This document shows, piece after piece, positions 17,834 to 26,453 of a stretch of 63,073 nucleotides of DNA (its first letter is position 1; every line of letters begins with the position of its first letter). A program made the translations under genes and the position numbers. Below the pieces are notes generated by a model. It was not told where the DNA came from, ran no database searches, and saw only the letters and a list, made by a program, of their open reading frames with translations. The stretch is from Clostridia bacterium (GTDB lineage Bacteria; Bacillota; Clostridia; HGM11514): assembly GCA_034186235.1 (NCBI GenBank), contig JAXGBA010000075.1:1-63073 (forward strand). Reading direction: 5' to 3'.

Positions 17834-18106
17834 ATGTACGAAGACAAGACATTAACCTGTAAGGACTGTGGCGCAGAATTCGTCTTTACAGCAGGTGAAC
17901 AGGAGTTTTATGCTGAAAAAGGTTTGCAGAACGAACCTCAGCGCTGCAAGGAGTGCCGTATGGTCAAAAAGCGCGCATTCAACCAGAACCGCGAAATGTT
18001 CACGGCAATCTGCGCAGATTGCGGCAAAGAGGCAGTTGTTCCTTTCCAGCCTAAAACAGATAAGCCTGTTTACTGCAGCGAATGTTTTGAAAAGCATAAA
18101 GCATAA
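17834..18106 (+). CDS. Zinc-ribbon protein with two CxxC...CxxC pairs
   Basis: The track ORF starts at 17759, but GAGGGA sits 8 nt before the ATG at 17834. MYEDKTLTCKDCGAEFVFTAGEQEFYAEKG...RCKECR...ICADCGKEAVVPFQP...VYCSECF. Confidence 0.7.
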   Translation: MYEDKTLTCKDCGAEFVFTAGEQEFYAEKGLQNEPQRCKECRMVKKRAFNQNREMFTAICADCGKEAVVPFQPKTDKPVYCSECFEKHKA

Positions 18107-18148
18107 TCCCTCTTTGGGTATTATATATTAAGGTTTTCAGAACAATTA

Positions 18149-18178
18149 CAGCCGTACCCTCTCGGGTGCGGCTGTTTT
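18149..18178 (+). terminator. Intrinsic terminator
   Basis: cagccgtaccc-tctc-gggtgcggctg (one G-U pair) followed by tttt. Confidence 0.7.
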
Positions 18179-18288
18179 CATGTTTAAAATATCAGAATTT
18201 ACATAAATCGTATCAATTATTCAATTTACATGATTGAAGTTTTATGCTAATATTAAGTTACTAAATTATATTATAAGGAGAACTGAAT

Positions 18289-20232
18289 ATGAATTTCAGA
18301 CAGGTTCATCTCGACTTCCACACCTCCGAAAAAATCGACGGTATCGGAAGCGAATTTTCAAAAGAAAACTTTCAGGCAATGCTGAAGCTCGGGCATGTAA
18401 ACTCCATTACCGTGTTCTCAAAGTGTCATCACGGATGGACATATCACCCGACAAAGGCGAGTGTTCAGCATCCGGGTCTTAAATTTGACCTTCTTAAGGC
18501 TCAGATTGAAGCGGCACATGAAATCGGCGTAAAAACTCCGGTTTATATCTCCGCAGGGCTTGACGAAAAGTATGTGCTCGATCACTCCGACTGGCTTGTA
18601 AGAAATCAGGACCAGTCAACACAGTGGGTTAATGATTTCAGAACACCCGGTTATCATAAGTGCTGCTTTAATTCGGATTACCTTGATGTGCTTCTTGCGC
18701 AGATTAAAGAGGTTGTTGAGAATTACGATGCGGACGGTATTTTTCTTGACATTGTGGGCGTTTCGGAATGTTACTGCTGCAACTGCCTCAAGATTATGAA
18801 AAAGGAAGGGCTTGACCCCGAAAATCCGGCAGATGTGCGCCTTCTGGCGGAGAGAACATATAAAAAATATACCGATGCGGTTGAAAAAACAATACATTCA
18901 ATAAAGCCGGATATGCCGATTTTCCATAACGGCGGACATATCACAAGAGGAAGGCGCGACCTTGCGCATGTCAACACGCATCTGGAGCTTGAATCCCTCC
19001 CGACAGGCGGTTGGGGATATGACCATTTTCCGCTTTCCGCGCGTTATGTTCAGGGACTTGGCATGGAATTTTTGGGTATGACGGGCAAGTTCCATCAGTC
19101 ATGGGGCGAATTCGGCGGATATAAACACCCGAATGCGCTTAAATATGAGGTTGCACTGGCGGCGGCAAACGGCGCAAAATGCTCAATAGGCGATCAGCTT
19201 CACCCCACCGGAAAAATGGACGAAGCAACATACGCGCTTATCGGCGAGGCATACAGCTACCTTGAGCAGATTGAGGATTGGTGTGACAATGTAAAGTCGG
19301 TTGCGGAGGTAGGCGTGCTGTCGGTTCAGTCCGTAAACGGTATAGAGAAGAGCGGAAGAGAGTGCATTTCCGACAACGGCGTCGCAAGGATGCTGCTTGA
19401 AGGCAAGTATACCTTTGATATTATCGACCTCGACACGGATTCGTCCAAATACAATGTAATCATTTTGCCCGACAGCATGGTGCTTGACGATAAAGCCAAG
19501 GCTTTTGTTGACGGTTTTATCAAAAACGGCGGGAAAATTATCGCTGCCGGCTCCGCCCCGATAATGAACGACGAGTTTGCATTTGATTTGGGTGCGCAGT
19601 TTGAAGGCGAAAATGAGTTTAAACCCACCTACATAAGACCGAGCTTTGAGCTTAAATCATTGAGAAATGCGGCGTTTGTTACATATTCGGGCAGCTATAA
19701 TGTCAAGGCGGATGTTGTTGAAGGGTATATTCAGAATCCGTATTTCAACAGAACCGTTGAGCATTTCTGCTCGCACAGGCACACTCCCTGCGCAAACAAA
19801 AATTCATCTCCGGCAATTACAATCGGAAAAGACGGGGCATATCTTGCATGGAATATTTTTGAGGACTACGCCGAAAAGGGCAGCCTCTTCCTTAAAGAAG
19901 TTTTCTTCCATGTTCTTGACAATATGCTCGGGGAAAGAATGATTAAAACGAATCTGCCCGCACAGGGAATTATGACCGTTCAGGAACAGCAGAACCGCTT
20001 TGTTGCTCATATGCTGTATGCGGCTCCTGTAACCCGAGGCAAAGATACGCAGATTATCGAGGACCTTGTGCCGATTTATGATACGGAGCTTGAAATAACC
20101 CTCCCGTCGGCGCCGAAAAAGGTGTATCTTGCACCGCAGATGACCGAAATTCCTTATGAACTTGACGGAAACACAGTAAAGCTTAAGGTTGATAAATTTA
20201 CCGGTCATCAGATGATTGTTTTTGATAAATAA
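18289..20232 (+). CDS. Putative TIM-barrel glycoside hydrolase (GHL6-like N-terminus with a beta-galactosidase-trimerisation-like middle domain)
   Basis: 647-aa ORF with GGAG RBS. The N-terminus MNFRQVHLDFHTSEKI...ITVFSKCHHGWTYHPT is the pattern I associate with the 'hypothetical glycosyl hydrolase 6' family. The function call is from memory of that family, not a search. Confidence 0.6.
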   Translation: MNFRQVHLDFHTSEKIDGIGSEFSKENFQAMLKLGHVNSITVFSKCHHGWTYHPTKASVQHPGLKFDLLKAQIEAAHEIGVKTPVYISAGLDEKYVLDHSDWLVRNQDQSTQWVNDFRTPGYHKCCFNSDYLDVLLAQIKEVVENYDADGIFLDIVGVSECYCCNCLKIMKKEGLDPENPADVRLLAERTYKKYTDAVEKTIHSIKPDMPIFHNGGHITRGRRDLAHVNTHLELESLPTGGWGYDHFPLSARYVQGLGMEFLGMTGKFHQSWGEFGGYKHPNALKYEVALAAANGAKCSIGDQLHPTGKMDEATYALIGEAYSYLEQIEDWCDNVKSVAEVGVLSVQSVNGIEKSGRECISDNGVARMLLEGKYTFDIIDLDTDSSKYNVIILPDSMVLDDKAKAFVDGFIKNGGKIIAAGSAPIMNDEFAFDLGAQFEGENEFKPTYIRPSFELKSLRNAAFVTYSGSYNVKADVVEGYIQNPYFNRTVEHFCSHRHTPCANKNSSPAITIGKDGAYLAWNIFEDYAEKGSLFLKEVFFHVLDNMLGERMIKTNLPAQGIMTVQEQQNRFVAHMLYAAPVTRGKDTQIIEDLVPIYDTELEITLPSAPKKVYLAPQMTEIPYELDGNTVKLKVDKFTGHQMIVFDK

Positions 20233-20247
20233 GGCGTAAAATTCAAA

Positions 20248-20288
20248 AATGCGAAAAGGCTTTGCTAAGTCTTTTCGCATTATTTTTA
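20248..20288 (+). terminator. Intrinsic terminator
   Basis: aatgcgaaaag ... cttttcgcatt followed by atttttat. Confidence 0.7.
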
Positions 20289-20436
20289 TGTTGAAGTATA
20301 AACCATTAGAGAACCAAAACAGACGGTACTGATTTGGCTTTGCAGGGGTACCGTACCGGCAGCATGAACGAAGTAATCGCAGAAGCACGGGCAGAGCAAT
20401 AAATAAAATTTATAACAAAGCATAAGTTATATGTAT

Positions 20437-20465
20437 TGGACAAAAACGAAAATATGTGGTATACT
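20437..20465 (+). promoter_or_regulatory. Sigma-A-type promoter for metY
   Basis: TGGACA, 17 nt, TATACT, with TGg extended -10. It leaves only about a 40-nt 5' UTR. Confidence 0.5.
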
Positions 20466-20508
20466 CAAAACATAGCAAAAAGATAGACTTTAACGGAGGT
20501 ATATAGAA

Positions 20509-21801
20509 ATGGCTGACAAAAAATACAAATTTGAAACACTGCAGGTACAGGCCGGGCAGGAAAATCCCGATCCGGCAACGGATGCAAGAGCGGTTCCGAT
20601 TTATGCTTCGACATCATTTGTTTTTCATAATTCGCAGCACGCAGCGGACAGATTTGCGCTTCGTGATGCCGGGAATATTTACGGCAGGCTGACAAACCCC
20701 ACACAGGAGGTTTTTGAAGCAAGAATGGCAGCTCTTGAAGGCGGCTCGGCAGCGCTGGGAGTTGCCTCGGGAGCAGCGGCTATCAACTATACCATAGGTG
20801 CTTTGGCAAAAAGCGGTGAGCACATTGTTGCCTCTAAAACCATTTACGGCGGAACATACAACCTTCTGGCGCATACGCTTCCTCTGACATCGGGGATAAG
20901 CGCAACCTTTGTCGACCCCGACGAAGAAGGCGCATTTGAAGCGGCAATCCGTCCGAATACAAAGGCGATTTATGTTGAAACTCTCGGAAATCCCAATTCC
21001 AACATTATAGATATAGAAGAACTCGCAAAGCTTGCGCACAAACACGGTATTCCGCTTGTGGTGGATTCGACCTTTGCAACGCCGTATCTTGTAAGGCCGA
21101 TTGAATACGGTGCGGATATTGTGGTTCACAGCGCAACGAAGTTCATAGGCGGTCACGGTGCGGCAATCGGCGGAGTTATAGTTGACGGAGGAACATTTGA
21201 CTGGAAGGCTTCGGGCAAATATCCGTGGATTTCGGAGCCGAACCCCTCGTATCACGGTGTAAGCTTTGCGGACGCTGCCCCGAATGCTGCGTTTGCAACA
21301 TATATAAGGGCAATTTTACTGCGTGACACAGGCTCGACAATTTCGCCGTTTCATGCATTCATGTTTTTGCAGGGGCTTGAAACTCTTTCCCTCAGGGTGG
21401 AGCGCCATGTTTCAAACGCACTCAAAATAGTGGATTACTTAAATAATCACCCCGGTGTTGAGGCGGTTCATCACCCGTCGCTCGAAAGCGAACCGAGCCA
21501 TAAGCTTTATAAAAAATATTTCCCGAATGGCGGCGGCTCAATATTCACATTTGAAATAAAGGGCGATGACAAAACCGCACAGAAATTTATTGATAATCTG
21601 CGTATCTTCTCGCTTCTTGCGAATGTTGCGGATGTGAAGTCGCTTGTTATCCATCCCGCATCCACAACTCATTCCCAGCTTTCCGGAGATGAGCTTGTCG
21701 AACAGGGAATAAAGCCAAACACAATAAGGCTTTCAATCGGAATTGAGAACATAAACGACCTTATTGAAGCGCTCGATGATGCATTCAAGGCAGTAAAATA
21801 A
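20509..21801 (+). CDS. metY: O-acetylhomoserine aminocarboxypropyltransferase / sulfhydrylase (PLP-dependent)
   Basis: 430 aa. Cys/Met-metabolism PLP family with YGRLTNPT, HIVASKTIYGGTY, VVDSTFATPYL and the PLP-lysine motif HSATKFIGGHG. Confidence 0.9.
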   Translation: MADKKYKFETLQVQAGQENPDPATDARAVPIYASTSFVFHNSQHAADRFALRDAGNIYGRLTNPTQEVFEARMAALEGGSAALGVASGAAAINYTIGALAKSGEHIVASKTIYGGTYNLLAHTLPLTSGISATFVDPDEEGAFEAAIRPNTKAIYVETLGNPNSNIIDIEELAKLAHKHGIPLVVDSTFATPYLVRPIEYGADIVVHSATKFIGGHGAAIGGVIVDGGTFDWKASGKYPWISEPNPSYHGVSFADAAPNAAFATYIRAILLRDTGSTISPFHAFMFLQGLETLSLRVERHVSNALKIVDYLNNHPGVEAVHHPSLESEPSHKLYKKYFPNGGGSIFTFEIKGDDKTAQKFIDNLRIFSLLANVADVKSLVIHPASTTHSQLSGDELVEQGIKPNTIRLSIGIENINDLIEALDDAFKAVK

Positions 21802-21818
21802 GTTAATTTTCCAAAAAA

Positions 21819-21870
21819 ATACCGTGATACAGACGATGAAATCAGCGTTCGTATCACGGTATTTTTGTTT
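21819..21870. terminator. Bidirectional terminator between metY and the lipoprotein gene
   Basis: 12-bp stem ataccgtgatac / gtatcacggtat flanked by aaaaaaa and tttttgtttt. Confidence 0.75.
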
Positions 21871-21879
21871 TGCTTACTT

Positions 21880-22152
21880 TTACTTCACTATATCTTCTGC
21901 TGTATCTTTGACACCCCTGCCGGCGTCCTCTATGGTGTCCTTGACATCTTTGCCGGCGTCTTCTACTGTATTCTTTACATCTTCGCCGGCATCCTTCATT
22001 CCCTGCTTCGTATCATCTTTGATGTCGTTTGCTTTGTCGCTGACGCTGTTATTTGTGCTGCTGTTGGTATTTTTGTCAGCGTCATTGCTGCCGCAGGCTG
22101 TAATACTGAAAAGCATTACGGTTATAATAAATGCAGATAAAAGTTTTTTCAT
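21880..22152 (-). CDS. Small lipoprotein built from acidic 11-residue repeats
   Basis: GGAGG lies 8 nt before the ATG at 22152 (the track start at 22167 is upstream of the RBS). MKKLLSAFIITVMLFSITAC lipobox. Then DAGEDVKNTVE / DAGKDVKDTIE / DAGRGVKDTAE repeats. Confidence 0.7.
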   Translation of the reverse strand: MKKLLSAFIITVMLFSITACGSNDADKNTNSSTNNSVSDKANDIKDDTKQGMKDAGEDVKNTVEDAGKDVKDTIEDAGRGVKDTAEDIVK

Positions 22153-22203
22153 TGAAATAACCTCCAATTTTGATATGTCTATTATAACCGCAATGCGAGG
22201 GAT

Positions 22204-22986
22204 TTATGCATTTTTGATTTTAAGCCTGATTCTGTCCGAAATCATCGCTATAAATTCGCTGTTTGTGGGTTTCCCTTTTTCGCTGTGAATTGTATATCCG
22301 AAATACGATGAAAGCACTTCCGGATCGCCTCGGTCGAATGCAACTTCGATTCCGTGGCGGATTGCTCTTTCAACTCTGGAATTTGTTGTGTGGTATTTTT
22401 TCGCAACAGCCGGGTAAAGCTGTTTTGTGACAGCATTTATAAGTTCTGCGTTTTCAATTACCATCATAATGGCGCACCGAACATAAGTGTATCCCTTAAT
22501 GTGCGCAGGAACACCGATTTCATGCATAACATTTGTTACTTCGGTTTCCATATCCGGTTTTGAACCGGCAATCTGCGCCACCGTTTGAGATACCATGGCA
22601 GATTCGTTCAATTTCCCGCTGAACTGCACAATCCTTTCGGTAAGCGCCGTGAGTTCCACAGGCTTTAACATGCAATATGAAGCGCCGTAGTGAATGGCGG
22701 TCTGTGTAAGCTTGCTTTGCCCGATTGCGGTGGTAACAATAACTGCAGGCTGCTTTTTCGGGCTCATCTGACGAAGCCTTTTTAAAACCTCAAGTCCGTC
22801 AAGATACGGCATACAAATATCAAGTATAAGTATGTCCGGTTCGAGTTCGCGCAGCTTGGAGCATGCTTCGTCGCCGTCCTCGGCAGTGCCGATAACTTCA
22901 AAATTGTGCTTGCTTTCAAGATAATCGCATAGCTTTTCTCTCCAATCGGCGTCATCATCCGCAATAAAAATTCGTATTTTTGCCAT
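22204..22986 (-). CDS. spo0A: Stage 0 sporulation master regulator Spo0A (canonical receiver)
   Basis: Receiver with [21 protein letters not shown] and MLKP. Effector domain with [30 protein letters not shown] and [13 protein letters not shown], matching B. subtilis Spo0A signatures. GGAGG RBS. Confidence 0.92.
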   Translation of the reverse strand: MAKIRIFIADDDADWREKLCDYLESKHNFEVIGTAEDGDEACSKLRELEPDILILDICMPYLDGLEVLKRLRQMSPKKQPAVIVTTAIGQSKLTQTAIHYGASYCMLKPVELTALTERIVQFSGKLNESAMVSQTVAQIAGSKPDMETEVTNVMHEIGVPAHIKGYTYVRCAIMMVIENAELINAVTKQLYPAVAKKYHTTNSRVERAIRHGIEVAFDRGDPEVLSSYFGYTIHSEKGKPTNSEFIAMISDRIRLKIKNA

Positions 22987-23004
22987 TTTATAAGCCTCCG
23001 TAAA

Positions 23005-23784
23005 TTAATTAATATTTTTCATTTTAAGCCTGAGTTTATCGGAAATCATTGCTATAAATTCACTGTTTGTCGGTTTTCTTTTTCCGAAGCGGCAGATGTT
23101 GCCGAAATATCCCGTTAAAACATCGGGATCTCCTCGTTCAAACGCAACTTCTATACCGTGCCTTATCGCCCTTTCAACACGGGAATTTGTGGTTGAGTAT
23201 CTTTTTGCAATTTTCGGGTAAAGCTCTTTTGTAACTGCTCCGAGCAGACCCGAATCGTCAAGTACCATCATAATTGCCGATCTTACATAGCTGTAGCCTT
23301 TGATATGTGCAGGAATCCCTATTTCATGCATTATATCCGTTATTTCATTTTCCGCATTGCTGCTTGTTCCCCCGACAGGCGGCGCTGCGGCTTCTGTGTA
23401 CTGCGGCTCGGACGATACAAACTGTATTATCCGCTCGGTCAGCACGGAAAAGTCAATAGGCTTAGCCATGCAATATGTAGCCCCAAGCTTTACGGCGGCT
23501 CTTGTCAATACGCATTGCCCTTTTTCGCAAGTGACAATAATTGACGGCTGCTTTTTGAATTTGACTTTACTCAGTGATTTTAAAACCTCTGTCCCCTCAG
23601 GTTCATTAATGCCAATGTTCAGTATCAAAAGGTCCGGTTCCAGTATCGGCACCATTGTGCATACGTCCCTTCCCTTCTGAGCGGTACCTGTAATTTCAAA
23701 GTTTGGCTTGTCTTTAAGATGGTCGCAAAGCCGTCTGAGCCATTCCCCGTTGGCATCAGCGGCAAATACACGGATCTTATTCAT
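23005..23784 (-). CDS. Spo0A paralogue with a degenerate (phospho-acceptor-less) receiver domain
   Basis: Track ORF is 23005..23802 (TTG start). The ATG at 23784 follows GGGGGG by 9 nt. Effector domain is intact ([43 protein letters not shown]). The receiver reads [20 protein letters not shown] and MAKP. Confidence 0.85.
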   Translation of the reverse strand: MNKIRVFAADANGEWLRRLCDHLKDKPNFEITGTAQKGRDVCTMVPILEPDLLILNIGINEPEGTEVLKSLSKVKFKKQPSIIVTCEKGQCVLTRAAVKLGATYCMAKPIDFSVLTERIIQFVSSEPQYTEAAAPPVGGTSSNAENEITDIMHEIGIPAHIKGYSYVRSAIMMVLDDSGLLGAVTKELYPKIAKRYSTTNSRVERAIRHGIEVAFERGDPDVLTGYFGNICRFGKRKPTNSEFIAMISDKLRLKMKNIN

Positions 23785-23827
23785 TAAAATGTTACCCCCC
23801 AATATGTAAAGTTCTTTGTTCTATTAC

Positions 23828-23856
23828 ATAATACCATAATTTGGCACAAAATGCAA
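23828..23856 (-). promoter_or_regulatory. Sigma-A-type promoter for the spo0A pair
   Basis: On the minus strand: TTGCAT, 17 nt, TATTAT, with TGg extended -10. About 40 nt upstream of the ATG at 23784. Confidence 0.5.
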
Positions 23857-23925
23857 CTAAAACCGTTCGCCTCTTTTCTACAACGACACCTATTTTATTA
23901 CAAAAAATCCAACAAGTAAATACCG

Positions 23926-23932
23926 TTCGACA
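23926..23932 (-). promoter_or_regulatory. Consensus 0A box (TGTCGAA)
   Basis: Plus-strand ttcgaca equals minus-strand TGTCGAA. A related aGGCGAA sits 60 nt closer to the promoter. Both are embedded in a repeated CGAACGGT. Confidence 0.35.
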
Positions 23933-24000
23933 TGTTGCGATATTATATTCTCGTAACATTATGGTAACGATATAAATATTGTTAGGAGTGATATATTTAA

Positions 24001-25254
24001 ATGTCAAAATTTATAGTTAAAAACAGCGGAAAATTAAGCGGTTCAATCAGGATTGATGGTGCAAAAAACGCGGCGCTTCCTATAATTTCAGCGTCATTGC
24101 TTTCGGGTGGCGAATGTGGGCTTACAAATGTGCCGAGCGTAAGTGACATCGCCCTAATTAGAGAAATATTGTGCAAATTAGGTTGTAAATTGTCAAATTT
24201 AAGTGATTCTGAGCTGAAAATTGACACATCCAAGCTTAAATCCGTTAAGCCTCCGTACGATTTGGTGAGCGGATTGAGGGCTTCGTTTCTGGTTATGGGG
24301 CCGCTTCTTGCGAGAGAGGGAAAGGCTGTAGTTTCACTTCCCGGAGGATGCAGGATAGGCACAAGACCGGTTGACCTTCATTTAAAAGGTTTTCGAGAAA
24401 TGGGAGCGGAAATATCGCAGAGCCACGGCGTGATAACGGCGAAGGCAAGAAGACTATACGGTGCGGAAATATATCTTGATTACCCGAGCGTGGGCGCAAC
24501 AGAAAACATAATGATGGCTGCGACCCTTGCGGAGGGTACAACCGTGATAAACAATGCCGCAACCGAACCCGAAATTGTGGATTTGGCGTCATTTCTCAGA
24601 AAGATGGGCGCAAAAATCAAGGGCGACGGTACGGAAAAAATAACCGTTATCGGCGTAAACTCAATGCACGGTGCGGATTATTCGGTCATGCCGGACAGAA
24701 TAGAAGCCGGAACTTATCTCGTTGCGGCGGCTGCCCGCGGCGGAGATGTGACGGTTAAGGACTGCAAGCCTGCGCACCTTAAACCCATTACGGCAAAGCT
24801 TACCGAGATGGGGGCGGAAATTACGGAAGGCAGCGGCTCCGTAAAAATTAAAACTGACGGAAGGCTGAAAGCGGCTGACATAAGCACGCTGCCATATCCA
24901 GGATTTCCGACGGATATGCAGGCGCAGTTTTCGGCGCTTTTAAGCACTTCAGATGGCACAAGCATAGTAAAGGAAACCGTTTTTGAAAACCGATTTCTTT
25001 ATGCCGGCGGACTTAAAAGAATGGGCGCAAATATAAAAACGGAAGGACGGAGTGCGATAATCGAGGGGGAAAAGCAGCTTACCGGTGCGCCCGTTGAGGC
25101 AACCGACCTCCGCGCGGGAGCAGCGCTGGTAATCGCAGCGCTTTCGGCGAAGGGAAGCAGCGAAATTTCAGAAATCGAACATATCGACAGGGGATATTTC
25201 CATATGGATGAAAAACTAAATTCTCTTGGGGCGAATATCATAAGAGAGCCATAA
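24001..25254 (+). CDS. murA: UDP-N-acetylglucosamine 1-carboxyvinyltransferase (MurA paralogue 1)
   Basis: 417 aa. GAKNAALPIISASLL, active-site loop LPGGCRIGTRPVDLHL (Cys), FPTDMQAQF, HIDRGY. Confidence 0.9.
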   Translation: MSKFIVKNSGKLSGSIRIDGAKNAALPIISASLLSGGECGLTNVPSVSDIALIREILCKLGCKLSNLSDSELKIDTSKLKSVKPPYDLVSGLRASFLVMGPLLAREGKAVVSLPGGCRIGTRPVDLHLKGFREMGAEISQSHGVITAKARRLYGAEIYLDYPSVGATENIMMAATLAEGTTVINNAATEPEIVDLASFLRKMGAKIKGDGTEKITVIGVNSMHGADYSVMPDRIEAGTYLVAAAARGGDVTVKDCKPAHLKPITAKLTEMGAEITEGSGSVKIKTDGRLKAADISTLPYPGFPTDMQAQFSALLSTSDGTSIVKETVFENRFLYAGGLKRMGANIKTEGRSAIIEGEKQLTGAPVEATDLRAGAALVIAALSAKGSSEISEIEHIDRGYFHMDEKLNSLGANIIREP

Positions 25255-25313
25255 TGTTCACGGGATATAACTTTTCCTTCGGGATAACATAATAGCGAGG
25301 GGAGAGTGACGAA

Positions 25314-26321
25314 GTGAAAAGAAAGGTAATTGCGGCGTTTGCGGCGATGCTTGCGGCAGCGGCGATGATGATGTGGACTTACTCGGGAGAGCCTTCCGTA
25401 ACTGCCGATGCGGACAGGCAAACCCTGAGTCTGGTTCCGTGCGGTAACACAATAGGTATAAAAATAGAATCGGACGGCGTATGCGTTGTCGGCACATCAG
25501 AGCTTTCAGGTCCGGGTGATGATTCTTCCAAGCTTATTAAGGGAGATATTATTACCAAAGTCGGGGAGTGTGAAGTCAAATCGACCGAGGAACTTAAATC
25601 GGCGCTTGAAAGCGAATGCGGAGAAAAGGTGATATTTGAGGTCATACGGGACGGAAAATGCGTTTCGGTTGAGGTCACACCTACCGTTAATCCGATTGAT
25701 GGTTCCCGTCTTATCGGGGCATGGGTCCGCGACAGTGCCGCAGGTATCGGCACAATGACATGGTATAATCCGGAAACCGGGCGTTACGGCGCCCTCGGGC
25801 ACGGCATAACCGACATTGACACCGGCAGCCGCTACGGAATCGGACAGGGTGAGATTGTTCAGGTTTCGGTAACGGGTGCTTCGAAAGGTGAGGTCGGTAC
25901 ACCGGGGCTTATAACGGGCGACTTTCTCGATTACGAAGGGACGATTGACAAGAATACCGAGGTGGGCATAGGAGGCTATGTAGAAAATTCTTGGATGCTC
26001 CCGGGGTTTGAACCGATTGAGACCGCCGCACCCGATGAGGTCAGGGAGGGCAATGCCGAAATCCTTTGCTGTATCGACGGAACGGGCGTGGAAAGATTTT
26101 CCGCTGAAATCGAAAAAACTATGAGCGGCCGCATAAGCGGTACAAAAAATCTTGTTCTGCACATAACCGATGACAGGATTATCGAAAAAACTGGAGGAAT
26201 TGTGCAAGGCATGAGTGGCAGCCCTATTATTCAAAACGGCAGGCTTGTCGGCGCAGTTACACATGTTTTCATCAACGACCCCACAAGAGGTTACGGAACT
26301 TTTATCAAAAACATGCTTTGA
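25314..26321 (+). CDS. spoIVB: SpoIVB signalling serine peptidase (S55)
   Basis: GTG start after GAGGGGAG. TM anchor. PDZ segment (GDIITKVGECEVKSTEEL). GTMTWYNPETGRYGALGHGITD. Catalytic GMSGSPIIQNGRLVGAVTHVFINDPTRGYG. Confidence 0.9.
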   Translation: MKRKVIAAFAAMLAAAAMMMWTYSGEPSVTADADRQTLSLVPCGNTIGIKIESDGVCVVGTSELSGPGDDSSKLIKGDIITKVGECEVKSTEELKSALESECGEKVIFEVIRDGKCVSVEVTPTVNPIDGSRLIGAWVRDSAAGIGTMTWYNPETGRYGALGHGITDIDTGSRYGIGQGEIVQVSVTGASKGEVGTPGLITGDFLDYEGTIDKNTEVGIGGYVENSWMLPGFEPIETAAPDEVREGNAEILCCIDGTGVERFSAEIEKTMSGRISGTKNLVLHITDDRIIEKTGGIVQGMSGSPIIQNGRLVGAVTHVFINDPTRGYGTFIKNML

Positions 26322-26360
26322 AATTTCTGTAAACAAAGCGGAAAAAGCTTGCCCATTTTT

Positions 26361-26396
26361 GTGCGCTTATCTTCGGATCGGCGCACTTTTTATTTT
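26361..26396 (+). terminator. spoIVB intrinsic terminator with UUCG loop (copy 1 of a duplicated element)
   Basis: gtgcgc-tt-atc-TTCG-gat-cg-gcgcac followed by tttttatttt. Confidence 0.7.
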
Positions 26397-26418
26397 GCGC
26401 AGAGTTTTTAATAAACTA

Positions 26419-26447
26419 TTTACAAATTCTTTCGGTTGTGGTATAAT
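26419..26447 (+). promoter_or_regulatory. Strong sigma-A-type promoter with no ORF behind it
   Basis: TTTACA, 17 nt, TATAAT, with TGg extended -10. Confidence 0.55.
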
Positions 26448-26453
26448 ATAATA

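Noticed and set aside
20289-20508. Looked for a SAM riboswitch or T-box ahead of metY
   Set aside because: The best promoter leaves only about a 40-nt 5' UTR. No SAM-I core and no T-box/specifier features are visible in the 220-nt gap.
21824-22288. 154-aa plus-strand hydrophobic ORF, plus 21865..22140
   Set aside because: It is the mirror image of the repeat-rich lipoprotein gene. The minus-strand gene has GGAGG, a lipobox and flanking terminators. The plus-strand ORF starts inside a terminator.
25506-26336. 276-aa minus-strand ORF
   Set aside because: It is antisense to spoIVB (clear S55 peptidase motifs). It is an artefact of codon bias.
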